From contig CAYHWL010000001.1 of NCBI GenBank assembly GCA_964359785.1, positions 2,422 to 66,421 of the forward strand: 64,000 nucleotides of DNA, given 5' to 3'. Positions 55,431 to 64,000 of this stretch are shown here, in pieces; position 1 is the first letter of the stretch; every line of letters starts with the position of its first letter. The notes under the pieces were generated by a model that was not told where the DNA came from, made no database searches, and was given only the letters and a program-made list of their open reading frames with translations. Made by a program: the position numbers and the translations under genes. Origin of the DNA: an uncultured Methanosarcinales archaeon. GTDB lineage: Archaea > Nanobdellota > Nanobdellia > Woesearchaeales > JAGWAF01.

Positions 55431-56483
55431 TTACTCCAAGGTCTTGATTATTATGCCTTTTAGTTCATTTGGCAGCATCTCGATGGCTTTTTTGGTGATC
55501 TCCCCACTAGTAATCATCAGACCAGGCAATTTATGATATTGCGCTTTGACAAGTAAAGTCGAAAGATCGCTTTCAGTCACTTTCTTCTTATTTTTTGCTT
55601 GGCAATAGAAAGTCACTGCTCCGACAGGACTTGGTACGAACAGGATATATTCATGGTCGGTATTTTTCTTTATCACAGTCTCTTTTTCCACTACGATTTT
55701 CTCGGCGATAAAGAATTGGGATAACGCCAAGGCGAAATCCGCCTTTGTTTCAGGTTTATGCTTAGGTTGCTCTTCCTTGCTTTTTTGAGGTTTTTCTGAT
55801 TTTATCTCCTTCTCTGATTCAACGTCATCGATTTTCACAGGAGGATTTTCTTTCTTTGATTTAGGTTTGGTGTCATGCGTCTCCGGCTTTGATAATTCAG
55901 CTTGTGTCTCTTTTTGGGTCCCCCCATTCTTGATATGCTCTTCTATTGGGATAGATCCTTGCGCCAGTTTGACAGGATTTGCCTCTTCCTTGATTGTCTG
56001 CGTTTCCGAATTTTGGGTTTCTTGCGCGGCTGGTTGGGTTTTGCCAATCAGCATCTCACGAATCTTCATTTCAGCATCATCATCATTTAGCAGGAACCAT
56101 TTATAGAAGATTTCAGAGGCACCCTCGACTCTTACAGTCAAAGGTATGGCGAAATCCCTTATCACTTTTAGGGTATATCGCGTCAAGGGATCAGAATGGC
56201 TCTCTCGGATGACGCCTTGCCCTTTTAGCCTTTCTACTGTGCGCTGTTCGTTCTTATCGAGATTCCCTATATAATTGAGCAGCATCTCCTCCTGTCCAGG
56301 AATATAGTACAAAGGCGACCCTCCGACTTTCACAGCGCTGACTTTGACTTTTCCTCGGCTGGAAAGTTCAGAGAGCACAGCGCCGCTCATGAGAAGGTTT
56401 TGCCCTATCTCCTTTGCGACATTCGCTGGTATGACTGGGCCTTTTTTCGCGATTATCTCAAGCACTGTGTCACTTATCACCAT
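55431..56483 (-). CDS. winged-helix protein with a Lys/Glu-rich linker and a C-terminal PD-(D/E)xK-like domain
   Basis: Two N-terminal wH-like segments. A low-complexity K/E/T/Q-rich spacer of about 90 aa. The C-terminal region DHEYILFVPSPVGAVTFYCQAKNKKK (D…E…QxK) resembles a restriction-endonuclease-like fold. Confidence 0.5.
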   Translation of the reverse strand: MVISDTVLEIIAKKGPVIPANVAKEIGQNLLMSGAVLSELSSRGKVKVSAVKVGGSPLYYIPGQEEMLLNYIGNLDKNEQRTVERLKGQGVIRESHSDPLTRYTLKVIRDFAIPLTVRVEGASEIFYKWFLLNDDDAEMKIREMLIGKTQPAAQETQNSETQTIKEEANPVKLAQGSIPIEEHIKNGGTQKETQAELSKPETHDTKPKSKKENPPVKIDDVESEKEIKSEKPQKSKEEQPKHKPETKADFALALSQFFIAEKIVVEKETVIKKNTDHEYILFVPSPVGAVTFYCQAKNKKKVTESDLSTLLVKAQYHKLPGLMITSGEITKKAIEMLPNELKGIIIKTLE

Positions 56484-56519
56484 TGATTAGAGTGGCGGAT
56501 ATGTATTATAAAAAGCATC

Positions 56520-57080
56520 CTATGGCCGGACCCATCTTATCTCATAATATGTGACATCGCCTTCGTCATCCACAACACCTATTAGCAGTCTTTTGCGTGT
56601 TGAATGGGCCACCCTGTTTTTGGCGGAGAACTCATGCCATGTGAGTATGCTTGCTTCATGCTGGGGGTACACGACCCATTTTGCATGGTCTTCTCCAGGT
56701 TTCACGCCGCGATCATAGACACGGAAATCAGCTCCGAATTTAAGGGCGGTCTTCACCACATAACCCCTGTCGCGTAGATCGCGGAACACGCAATATCTTG
56801 TCCAGAAATTTGGGTCGATCTTCTGGGCGATTTTCAAGAATGAATCGACGTTGAGCTTTTTTTTCCCGCTGCATAGATTTAGTCGTTTCTTCTCTAAAAG
56901 ATACATCGCTTCAGGCAATGATAGCTGTAATTTCCCGCTTTCAAGAAGTACGCCATAGCAGCTTGTGTTGGATAGCTCTCTGGCTGCATCTGATTCTTCT
57001 GCAAGGATCCTCTCGCGCAAGATGGCGGCGGATGCCATCTCTTTGGCGGGACCCGCCTTGTTTTCCATAGACGTGTCCAC
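56520..57080 (-). CDS. endA: tRNA-splicing endonuclease (EndA) catalytic subunit
   Basis: C-terminal catalytic domain KFGADFRVYDRGVKPGEDHAKWVVYP…AHSTRKRLLIGVVD (Tyr/His/Lys triad pattern). Confidence 0.8.
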   Translation of the reverse strand: MDTSMENKAGPAKEMASAAILRERILAEESDAARELSNTSCYGVLLESGKLQLSLPEAMYLLEKKRLNLCSGKKKLNVDSFLKIAQKIDPNFWTRYCVFRDLRDRGYVVKTALKFGADFRVYDRGVKPGEDHAKWVVYPQHEASILTWHEFSAKNRVAHSTRKRLLIGVVDDEGDVTYYEIRWVRP

Positions 57081-57100
57081 TCACCCAATGTTTATAAAGC

Positions 57101-58024
57101 TTGGCAGGCTCAATGTCGATTGGAATGGAGCTTACATTTTTAGGCACAAGCTGTATGGTCCCGACGAAACACAGGAATGTTTCGGGGATGTTCTTACAGT
57201 TTCGTGACCAAGGGATCCTCTTTGATTGCGGTGAGGGCACACAACGCCAGATGAATATCGCAGGGATCAAACGAACTTCTGTGACGAGGATACTTCTTAG
57301 CCATTGGCATGGGGATCATGTCTCTGGGCTAATTGGTCTAATCCAGACCCTTGGCCATGAGGAGAATGGCCCTACGCTCCATATATATGGTCCAGCACAG
57401 ACCAAACAAAGGATGTCGCATCTCTTCAACACTTGTATTTTTGGGAATAAGGTGGATATTGTGGTCCATGAAATGGATCCGGTGAAACTTGAGAGGATTG
57501 AGGATCAAGAGGAGTTTGAGATTTTCGCCGCGCCTTTGGATCACGAGGTCCCTTGTATAGGCTATCGTTTTGTGGAGAAGGACAGGCACAATATTGACAA
57601 AGACAAGATGCAAATTTTAGGTCTTAGATCTGGTCCTCATATGGCACAGCTAAAAGAAGGTAAATCTGTGGTTGTGAACAAGAAGAAGATATCTCCAAAG
57701 GATATTATCACTGTGATCAAAGGCAGATCTTTGGCCTATGTCCCTGATACTGTCTTGTGTAAAGGAGCCATGGATCTGGCCGAAGATGCGGATTTGCTGG
57801 TCAGCGAAGCTACATATGGTCATGATGAAGAGGAGAAGGCGGATAAGCATTTCCATCTTACGGCAAGGCAAGCTGCTCAATTAGCTAGCCAAAGCGGAGC
57901 GAAAAAATTGTTCCTCACACACTTCTCACAACGATACGCTGACGTGAGCAAGATTGAGGATGATGCTAAGATGGTTTTCCCAAATACTATTTGCGCCCAG
58001 GATTTCATGCGGATAAATGTATAA
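57101..58024 (+). CDS. rnz: ribonuclease Z (tRNA 3'-processing metallo-beta-lactamase)
   Basis: HxHxDH motif (LSHWHGDHVSG). N-terminal LTFLGTS. About 300 aa, the short archaeal form. Confidence 0.85.
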   Translation: MAGSMSIGMELTFLGTSCMVPTKHRNVSGMFLQFRDQGILFDCGEGTQRQMNIAGIKRTSVTRILLSHWHGDHVSGLIGLIQTLGHEENGPTLHIYGPAQTKQRMSHLFNTCIFGNKVDIVVHEMDPVKLERIEDQEEFEIFAAPLDHEVPCIGYRFVEKDRHNIDKDKMQILGLRSGPHMAQLKEGKSVVVNKKKISPKDIITVIKGRSLAYVPDTVLCKGAMDLAEDADLLVSEATYGHDEEEKADKHFHLTARQAAQLASQSGAKKLFLTHFSQRYADVSKIEDDAKMVFPNTICAQDFMRINV

Positions 58025-58066
58025 GAAAGGCAAACATATTTCTAGTACCAAAAAATTGATCTGCTT

Positions 58067-58453
58067 ATGAATAAGAAAGCCAAGGGTACGAATGCCGAAA
58101 GGGAGCTTATCCATAAGTTCTGGGCAGTGGATTGGGTTGCTGCAAGGGTGGCAGGCTCTGGATCTATGCAATACCCTTCTCCCGATATCATTGCGGCCAA
58201 GCACCCCAGATCATTGGTGATAGAGTCTAAAGTCACCGCAGGAGACCGGCAATATTTCGAGAGGCAGGCCATTGAGGACCTTAAGCATTTCGCCAAAGGA
58301 TTGAATGCGGAGACGTATGTCGCAGTTAAATTCAATCATGTTGGTTGGTATTTCTTTACTTTGGAGGACCTAAAAGATTCTGGGAAAAACCTTGTTATCA
58401 GTATGGATGATGCCAAAATTAGGGGTATCATCTTCGAGGAGCTCGTGCGTTGA
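58067..58453 (+). CDS. hjc: Holliday junction resolvase Hjc
   Basis: KGTNAERELIHKFW…SGS…PDIIAAK…VIESK, the PD-(D/E)xK Hjc signature. Confidence 0.85.
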   Translation: MNKKAKGTNAERELIHKFWAVDWVAARVAGSGSMQYPSPDIIAAKHPRSLVIESKVTAGDRQYFERQAIEDLKHFAKGLNAETYVAVKFNHVGWYFFTLEDLKDSGKNLVISMDDAKIRGIIFEELVR

Positions 58454-58507
58454 GCCGGTTTACATGATGGATAAGGTTTATAAAGCTCTATATGGTATTT
58501 ATAAATA

Positions 58508-59020
58508 ATGGCGACGAGCATCAAACTGACACCTAAGATGATTGAATCAGTCATATCTGAAGTGTCAGGTAAAGATACCATCAAGCTCTATAAGGCGCTC
58601 AAAGGCAAGAAGAATGTCTCTGAATTCAAGTTGGCAGATGATATTGATGAGGAGATAAACACGACAAGAAACATGCTCTATCGCCTCCATAACGCTAATC
58701 TGGTGAGTTTCACAAGGAAAAAAGACAAACAGAAAGGTTGGTACATCTATTACTGGACTTTCAATATCAATCGCATCAAAGACCTTATGTGTGATTTGAA
58801 GAAAAAACGCTTGGAGATGCTAAGGGATCGTCTTGAAAGAGAGAAGATGAGCCACTTTTTTGCGTGTCCTGACCGTTGCATCCGTCTGGATTTTGAGCAG
58901 GCCACTGATTTTGGTTATAAATGTCCGGAATGTGGTCAATTGCTCAACCAAGAAGATAACACAAAGATTATCAAGGATTTAGAGACGGAGATTGATTCGT
59001 TGAAGAAATCTAAACAATAG
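58508..59020 (+). CDS. tfe: transcription factor E (TFE alpha / TFIIE-alpha homolog)
   Basis: N-terminal winged helix plus zinc ribbon CPDRC…CPECG. Confidence 0.8.
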   Translation: MATSIKLTPKMIESVISEVSGKDTIKLYKALKGKKNVSEFKLADDIDEEINTTRNMLYRLHNANLVSFTRKKDKQKGWYIYYWTFNINRIKDLMCDLKKKRLEMLRDRLEREKMSHFFACPDRCIRLDFEQATDFGYKCPECGQLLNQEDNTKIIKDLETEIDSLKKSKQ

Positions 59021-59026
59021 ATATGC

Positions 59027-59938
59027 TTATTTTATTCTAGTCCTCGAATTGATCCATGGATACTCTTTTTGTATCTCATAGATGAAATTCGTATGTTTAT
59101 GCACCCCAAGTTCACTTATTATTCCTTTTATGAGTGATGGGTTGATCATCTCAAAAGCGGGATTGACGATTTCGACCCCTCTGGGAGCGGCATCCCACAC
59201 TTCTTTTGGGTCTCTATCTTCGATTGGTGTCTGGTTTCCATGTAATGATCTTGGATCGAATTTCAATGAATGTGTGACGATATAAATGGGTTTGCCAAAC
59301 CTATACGCGCACTCGCAAGCTAATTCTGACCCTATCTTATTTATCACCGCAGTTGGAGTGATAGCATCGCATCCGATAAGCACATAATCACATTCCTTTA
59401 TCGCCAGTCTCATGGCGCTGTCTACATGATGTTTGACAGGTATGCCATGTTTCGCCAGCTCTGCGGCCGTGATTCTTCCCTGGAATAAAGGTCGAGTCTC
59501 GGTGTTATACACAGAGATCGACTTTCCTTTGTTCTTGGCGTCGATCAATGCTCTAGTGACCGTCCCGCTGTGGCAATGTGTATAGATTGTGCAAGGACTT
59601 TTGAGTGTTCCATAAGTCATATGAGAGATATATTCCTTATGTGTCTCAAGTTTATTTTTCAATTCCAAGATCCGTGATAAGATATGGTTCTTATATGTGC
59701 TAATAGTCCCAGACGGCTCCTCTGCCAGCACGTAATTGCACAGGTTGAATAACATGGGCTCTGTCGGACGAGCTCCTAGAAGCTTGTGTGATTCGATTAA
59801 CAATTCTGTGCTCAAAAGATTCGCGCTCTTGACTTTGCTCTTCAAAGCCGTCTCTTTTAGATGCGCCAAACCGGCAGTGGCTATTTTTTCTGCGCCCTGG
59901 ATCTTTATTTGTGAGATCCGCTCTATGGTGTTTTTCAT
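59027..59938 (-). CDS. eIF-2B alpha/beta/delta family protein (ribose-1,5-bisphosphate isomerase-like)
   Basis: 303 aa with the conserved eIF-2B family core (…VLIGCDAI…). Confidence 0.75.
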   Translation of the reverse strand: MKNTIERISQIKIQGAEKIATAGLAHLKETALKSKVKSANLLSTELLIESHKLLGARPTEPMLFNLCNYVLAEEPSGTISTYKNHILSRILELKNKLETHKEYISHMTYGTLKSPCTIYTHCHSGTVTRALIDAKNKGKSISVYNTETRPLFQGRITAAELAKHGIPVKHHVDSAMRLAIKECDYVLIGCDAITPTAVINKIGSELACECAYRFGKPIYIVTHSLKFDPRSLHGNQTPIEDRDPKEVWDAAPRGVEIVNPAFEMINPSLIKGIISELGVHKHTNFIYEIQKEYPWINSRTRIK

Positions 59939-60145
59939 CTATCGCTTTCGCTTCTTGGACACTGAGCGCTCGATGCGCACTTCCTCACGCAATATTCGTT
60001 CAGTGATCTTCTCGACATGCATCTCCATCCTTGCGACTCGCCGCTCCATGAGCACAAGTACGCGTAACGAGTACACAATTGCCAAGAGCGTGCCTATGAT
60101 TACAGCCAAAGTCAATCGTAATATGTTTTCATTGTAGTCTACCAT
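59939..60145 (-). CDS. small single-TM protein (68 aa)
   Basis: TM helix LTLAVIIGTLLAIVYSLRVLVL followed by a charged, Arg/Glu-rich tail. The stop abuts the start of the downstream gene. Confidence 0.4.
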   Translation of the reverse strand: MVDYNENILRLTLAVIIGTLLAIVYSLRVLVLMERRVARMEMHVEKITERILREEVRIERSVSKKRKR

Positions 60146-60278
60146 TCCATCTCACCTCGATTTGTCGTCTGGGGTTATCCATTTGACCCGGTAACCATGT
60201 ATTTAAATGTTGGTTTTACGAAAATTCCAAAATTGATGTGGAAAGATAGAAAAAATATGGATGGGGAACTATCCAGAT

Positions 60279-61058
60279 TCAGTACTTCAAAAATGATTTC
60301 TCGAGAGATTGCGCAAAGTATGGGCTATTGACCCAAATCCCCACATCATAGCTTGGATGGGTCGTTTTATCAGACATTAGCATAAAAAGCACTTCTTTGC
60401 CATCCACGATCAAATATCTTCCCAATAGTTCTGATGTGTTTTTGACATTCGCGAATTCTCGGAGTGTTTCGACAGATTTTTGCGTGTGTTTGTTCACTGG
60501 CGCAAGGACTGTGATTGATACCCCTTTGTTTTTAGATTTGGAAAAGACGCCTTTTAGAGTTTCTGACTTTCGATTGATGCCATCTTCAGTGGTCACCAGG
60601 ATGACTGATTTCTCTGCATGCTTTAGCATGCTTTCTATATGATCGATTATATTTGACCTTCCTTTGATTGCACCTGTAAGTTCAGCAGGTTCAACCATCT
60701 CAATGCCCTTAGAATGGAGTAATTGAAGTTCTGAGAGGATATCTGACCCTTTTAATCCTTCGATTAGTTTGGATTGTTTCTGGGCGTCTTCAATCACTTT
60801 TTTTTGCACTCTTTCTATGACCGCGCTTGGAGGCACTGCGATATATTTGATTGGTTTGCCCAATTTTGTGATGATAAAACCTTTTCTTTCAAGGCTTTCG
60901 AGGACATCGTATGATCTTGATCTTGGGACATTGGCTATATCTGATAATTCCCCTGCACTTGATACTCCTCGTGAGAGCAATGCGGTCCAGAGTTTACTTT
61001 CGTAGCTGTTAAGGCCAAAATCTTTGAGTTTGTGCAAGAATTCTTTCTGAACAATCAT
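60279..61058 (-). CDS. TrmB family transcriptional regulator (paralog of 41345..42151)
   Basis: Start moved to MIVQKEFLHK, with a GGAGGA SD 7 nt upstream. About 55% identity to the other TrmB paralog across the wHTH and C-terminal domain. Confidence 0.8.
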   Translation of the reverse strand: MIVQKEFLHKLKDFGLNSYESKLWTALLSRGVSSAGELSDIANVPRSRSYDVLESLERKGFIITKLGKPIKYIAVPPSAVIERVQKKVIEDAQKQSKLIEGLKGSDILSELQLLHSKGIEMVEPAELTGAIKGRSNIIDHIESMLKHAEKSVILVTTEDGINRKSETLKGVFSKSKNKGVSITVLAPVNKHTQKSVETLREFANVKNTSELLGRYLIVDGKEVLFMLMSDKTTHPSYDVGIWVNSPYFAQSLEKSFLKY

Positions 61059-61159
61059 GATTTTTCCTCCATTTGTGGGCTGTCGTGGGGAAAGGCGAAT
61101 AGTATATAAATATGAGCGAAAGTTGTTATTAGAGAGTAGCAAAAACATCATAAGCAATG

Positions 61160-61503
61160 GATCTGCCACCCCTTCATTTCCTCTGCAAACCCACCCACAT
61201 CCAAATCACAGATTTCATACGTTTCTTGATGAAAACTAAGAGATTCCTTATTTTAAAGAAAAGAGTTAGGCACTATTTATTTATTATTATATAGAAAAGA
61301 TATATATATAATATAATATATCGTCAATATCCAATAGAAATCCCAAAAAACGCCTATATCGCGTTCTTTTAGCCAAAATTTCAATCCACCCGTTCGAAAA
61401 ACCCATTTTCCATCGGAAACGATGGGGTCTCCCTTTCAAACTCTCAAAACGAAATACATTAAAACCTCCTCTTCACTTGGAACTGTATTAGAGGGGTGGA
61501 TAG
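61160..61503. other. probable replication origin (oriC): ORB element, mini-ORB and AT-rich DUE upstream of orc1/cdc6
   Basis: ORB at 61408..61432 reads tTTCCAtcGGAAACGAtgGGGTctcc (dyad plus G-string). An inverted mini-ORB at 61166..61186 reads, on the minus strand, gcagaGGAAAtGAaGGGGTgg. An AT-rich stretch lies at 61270..61330. Confidence 0.6.
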
Positions 61504-62715
61504 ATGGCAAAATCAGTAGATAATATCTTCGAGCAATTCTTAGCAAGCAAATCTCTGTTCAAGAATAAGAGGGTGCTGCAGGCTAATTATACTCCCACTA
61601 CAATCGCTCATAGGGAAGATGAGATCTCATTGATAGCAAAGACGCTTGCTCCTGCGTTGAAATGTGATCGGCCCTCAAATCTCTTCATCTATGGTAAGAC
61701 TGGGACAGGCAAGACCGTCTCTGTTAGATACGTCGTCAACTCTCTCAAGCAGATTGCCCAGGAGAAGAATATTCCGCTAAAGCCAATATACATCAATTGC
61801 AAACTCAAGAAAGTGGCAGACACAGAGTATCGTATCATCGCGCAGATCGCGCGGGAATTTGGTAAGGATATTCCTGCCACAGGTTTGCCTACAGAGGAGA
61901 TCTACAATATCTTCTATCAAGTCTTAGACGAGAAAGCGCAGATAGTCCTTCTCGTATTAGATGAGATTGATCAGCTGGTCCAAAAGACAGGTGATGAGAT
62001 CCTCTACAATCTGACCAGGCTAAATACCGAATTGCATCAGGCGCAGATCTGCCTTGTGGGGATCTCAAATGATGTGACATTCACCGATACTCTTGATCCA
62101 AGAGTGAAGTCCAGCTTGAGTGAGGAGGAGATGATTTTTCCGCCATATAACGCGACTCAGCTTCAGAAGATTCTTGAGAATCGTGCGAAGGATGCTTTCA
62201 ATGACGACTCTATTGAGAATGGCGTTTTGGAGAAATGCGCCGCCTTCGCAGCGCGTGAGCATGGCGATGCCCGTAGGGCTCTTGAGCTTCTTCGAGTCGC
62301 TGGAGAATTGGCTGAAAGAGATAATGTGCCAAAAGTGGCGGTTAGCCATCTTGATCTTGCGGAGGATAAGATCGAACGTGATCGTATTGTGGATATTGTA
62401 GCTGCGCAACCTAAGCAATTCCAGGTCGCTTTATTTGTCATTTTGAGACTCTATGAGAGGCGCAAGGAGATGCTGTTCACAGGCGAGGTCTATGAGAATT
62501 ACAAGAATCTTTGTCAGAAAGTGCAATTGCGTCCTCTCACTCAAAGAAGGATATCTGATATCATCCAGGAGATGGATATGCTTGGTATCATTAATGCAAA
62601 GATAGTCTCTAAAGGAAGATATGGCAGGTCAAGAGATATCAAGGTCTCTCTTCCTATTTCAGTAGTGGAGAATATTCTTACCACCCTTGATGAGAAACTG
62701 GGGGTGGAACTATAA
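61504..62715 (+). CDS. cdc6: Orc1/Cdc6 replication initiator
   Basis: AAA+ Walker A GKTGTGKT, Walker B DEID, and a C-terminal winged helix. Confidence 0.9.
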   Translation: MAKSVDNIFEQFLASKSLFKNKRVLQANYTPTTIAHREDEISLIAKTLAPALKCDRPSNLFIYGKTGTGKTVSVRYVVNSLKQIAQEKNIPLKPIYINCKLKKVADTEYRIIAQIAREFGKDIPATGLPTEEIYNIFYQVLDEKAQIVLLVLDEIDQLVQKTGDEILYNLTRLNTELHQAQICLVGISNDVTFTDTLDPRVKSSLSEEEMIFPPYNATQLQKILENRAKDAFNDDSIENGVLEKCAAFAAREHGDARRALELLRVAGELAERDNVPKVAVSHLDLAEDKIERDRIVDIVAAQPKQFQVALFVILRLYERRKEMLFTGEVYENYKNLCQKVQLRPLTQRRISDIIQEMDMLGIINAKIVSKGRYGRSRDIKVSLPISVVENILTTLDEKLGVEL

Positions 62716-62756
62716 CTGATGTGATCGCTAGCAAAAAATTGATTGTGGAGTATTGT

Positions 62757-64000
62757 ATGCGCAATAGCATTCTGCTTCCTTTTGATACTTTCGAGGCCCT
62801 CGAAGAAGGTGAGGTAGTGTCCTTGAGAAGCGCGACTCTGGCGCCGCCTTCGACTTTTCAGGAGCGTCTTGCTTCGATTCTAGGTGAACGCTCCCAAAGG
62901 TTGGCTAGGCTCTCCTCTCCTCTTATCCAGCCAAAGATGGAGGGTGTCAAGGTGTTATCGACTTATCAGGAGGAGCCAAAGAAAAGGTCCTATCAGGATT
63001 TTGTCGCTTTCTTCAATAGCAGGTATTATGCTTTGGAGAAGATCCTTCGTAACCGTCAGGAGCTTTCAGGTGTCATCAGTATTGGTAGGGTAGCAGGCAA
63101 GAAAGATCGTGAGAACGTTGCTATCATTGGCATAATCTCCAGTAAATCCACTACAAAAAATGGCAATATCATCCTCAAATTGGAGGATCCTACCGGTGAG
63201 ATCAATGTTTTATTCTCTCTTAAGCGTGTTGATATGTTCGCGTTAGCCAAGGATCTCGTATTGGATGAGGTTATCGGCATCACAGGTCAATTCTCCGAGT
63301 CGCCCGAATCAAAGGGCAAGTGGGTTATGGCAAATAACGTCTTGTTCCCTGATATCCCTCTGACAAAAGAGCTCAAAAAATCTCCGGAGGAGGGTTATGC
63401 TATTTTTCTCTCGGATCTTCATATAGGCTCTAAAGAATTTTTGGAGGAGAATTTCATAAAGATGATCAAGTGGATAGCCGGTGAGCTTGGCAGCGAATCT
63501 CAAAAGGATATAGCCAAGAGGATCAAGTATGTTTTCATCGCAGGTGATTTGGTTGAAGGCATTGGGATCTATCAAGGTCAGGAGAATTCTCTTGCGATTC
63601 GGGATATTTTCAAGCAGTATGATCGTTGCGCGGAGCTCCTCTCAAATATCCCTGATCATATCCCTTTAGTGATCTGTCCTGGCAATCATGATGCTTTGAG
63701 GATCACTGAGCCTCAGCCTGCTTTGTATAAGGATTTCTCCAAGGCGATGTGGGATCTCAAGAATGTCTATCTTCTCTCGAATCCTTGCATGGTGAATATC
63801 GACTCAAGTGATGTGTTTCCAGGTTTTGACGTGCTGATGTATCATGGCTATAGCTTCGATTACTATGCCGCAAATGTGGACTCCATCCGTCAGAATGGGG
63901 GTTATGACCGTGCTGATCTTATCATGAAATTCCTCCTTCAGAGGAGGCACTTGGCTCCGACTCATACTAGTACGCAGTATCTGCCTGATACTAGGAGGGA
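62757..64000 (+). CDS. DNA polymerase II (PolD) small subunit DP1, truncated by the window edge
   Basis: OB-fold region followed by calcineurin-like phosphoesterase motifs (…DLHIG…, GDLVEG, ICPGNHD, GYSFDYY). Not in the ORF track because it has no stop within the window. Confidence 0.85.
   Translation, partial: MRNSILLPFDTFEALEEGEVVSLRSATLAPPSTFQERLASILGERSQRLARLSSPLIQPKMEGVKVLSTYQEEPKKRSYQDFVAFFNSRYYALEKILRNRQELSGVISIGRVAGKKDRENVAIIGIISSKSTTKNGNIILKLEDPTGEINVLFSLKRVDMFALAKDLVLDEVIGITGQFSESPESKGKWVMANNVLFPDIPLTKELKKSPEEGYAIFLSDLHIGSKEFLEENFIKMIKWIAGELGSESQKDIAKRIKYVFIAGDLVEGIGIYQGQENSLAIRDIFKQYDRCAELLSNIPDHIPLVICPGNHDALRITEPQPALYKDFSKAMWDLKNVYLLSNPCMVNIDSSDVFPGFDVLMYHGYSFDYYAANVDSIRQNGGYDRADLIMKFLLQRRHLAPTHTSTQYLPDTRR

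Overview
The gene content identifies this window as archaeal: ribosomal proteins L34e and L14e, archaeal-type PheS/PheT, the PAN proteasomal ATPase, RFC small subunit, FEN1, Hjc, TFE, Pelota, tRNA-splicing endonuclease, RNase Z, RNase P protein subunit Rpp30, Orc1/Cdc6, PolD small subunit, and Lrp and TrmB regulators. GC is moderate, with frequent ATGA start/stop overlaps and leaderless TATA-box promoters. The left 27 kb is dominated by two very long minus-strand gene arrays (457..8846 and 10362..27056). Together they encode at least 18 proteins with archaeal class III, type-IV-pilin-like signal peptides ([KR][GA][QDTSVF] followed by a hydrophobic helix). The arrays also contain a 1989-aa Cys-rich giant surface protein with four thrombospondin-type-3 Ca-binding super-repeats and a C-terminal membrane anchor. 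The last gene of the upper array is a 942-aa membrane protein combining an extracellular TolB-like beta-propeller with a cytoplasmic APH/protein-kinase-like domain. A prepilin peptidase gene lies 4 kb away. Divergent Lrp/AsnC and AbrB-PhoU regulator genes sit between the two arrays. Further right are: a radical-SAM/SPASM maturase-like gene with small overlapping upstream ORFs (candidate RiPP-like locus); a tRNA thiolation cassette (cysteine desulfurase, ThiI-like THUMP protein with a degenerate PP-loop, TtuA-like ATPase); an IS66-family insertion whose transposase 3' half is strikingly depleted in T and G; a roughly 160-nt structured repeat present twice, each time just upstream of a promoter; three tandem paralogous lipoprotein genes; a housekeeping block of replication, transcription and tRNA-processing genes; and a probable replication origin (ORB element plus AT-rich DUE) upstream of orc1/cdc6, followed by PolD DP1 (truncated by the window edge). 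No rRNA, tRNA or CRISPR arrays were found.
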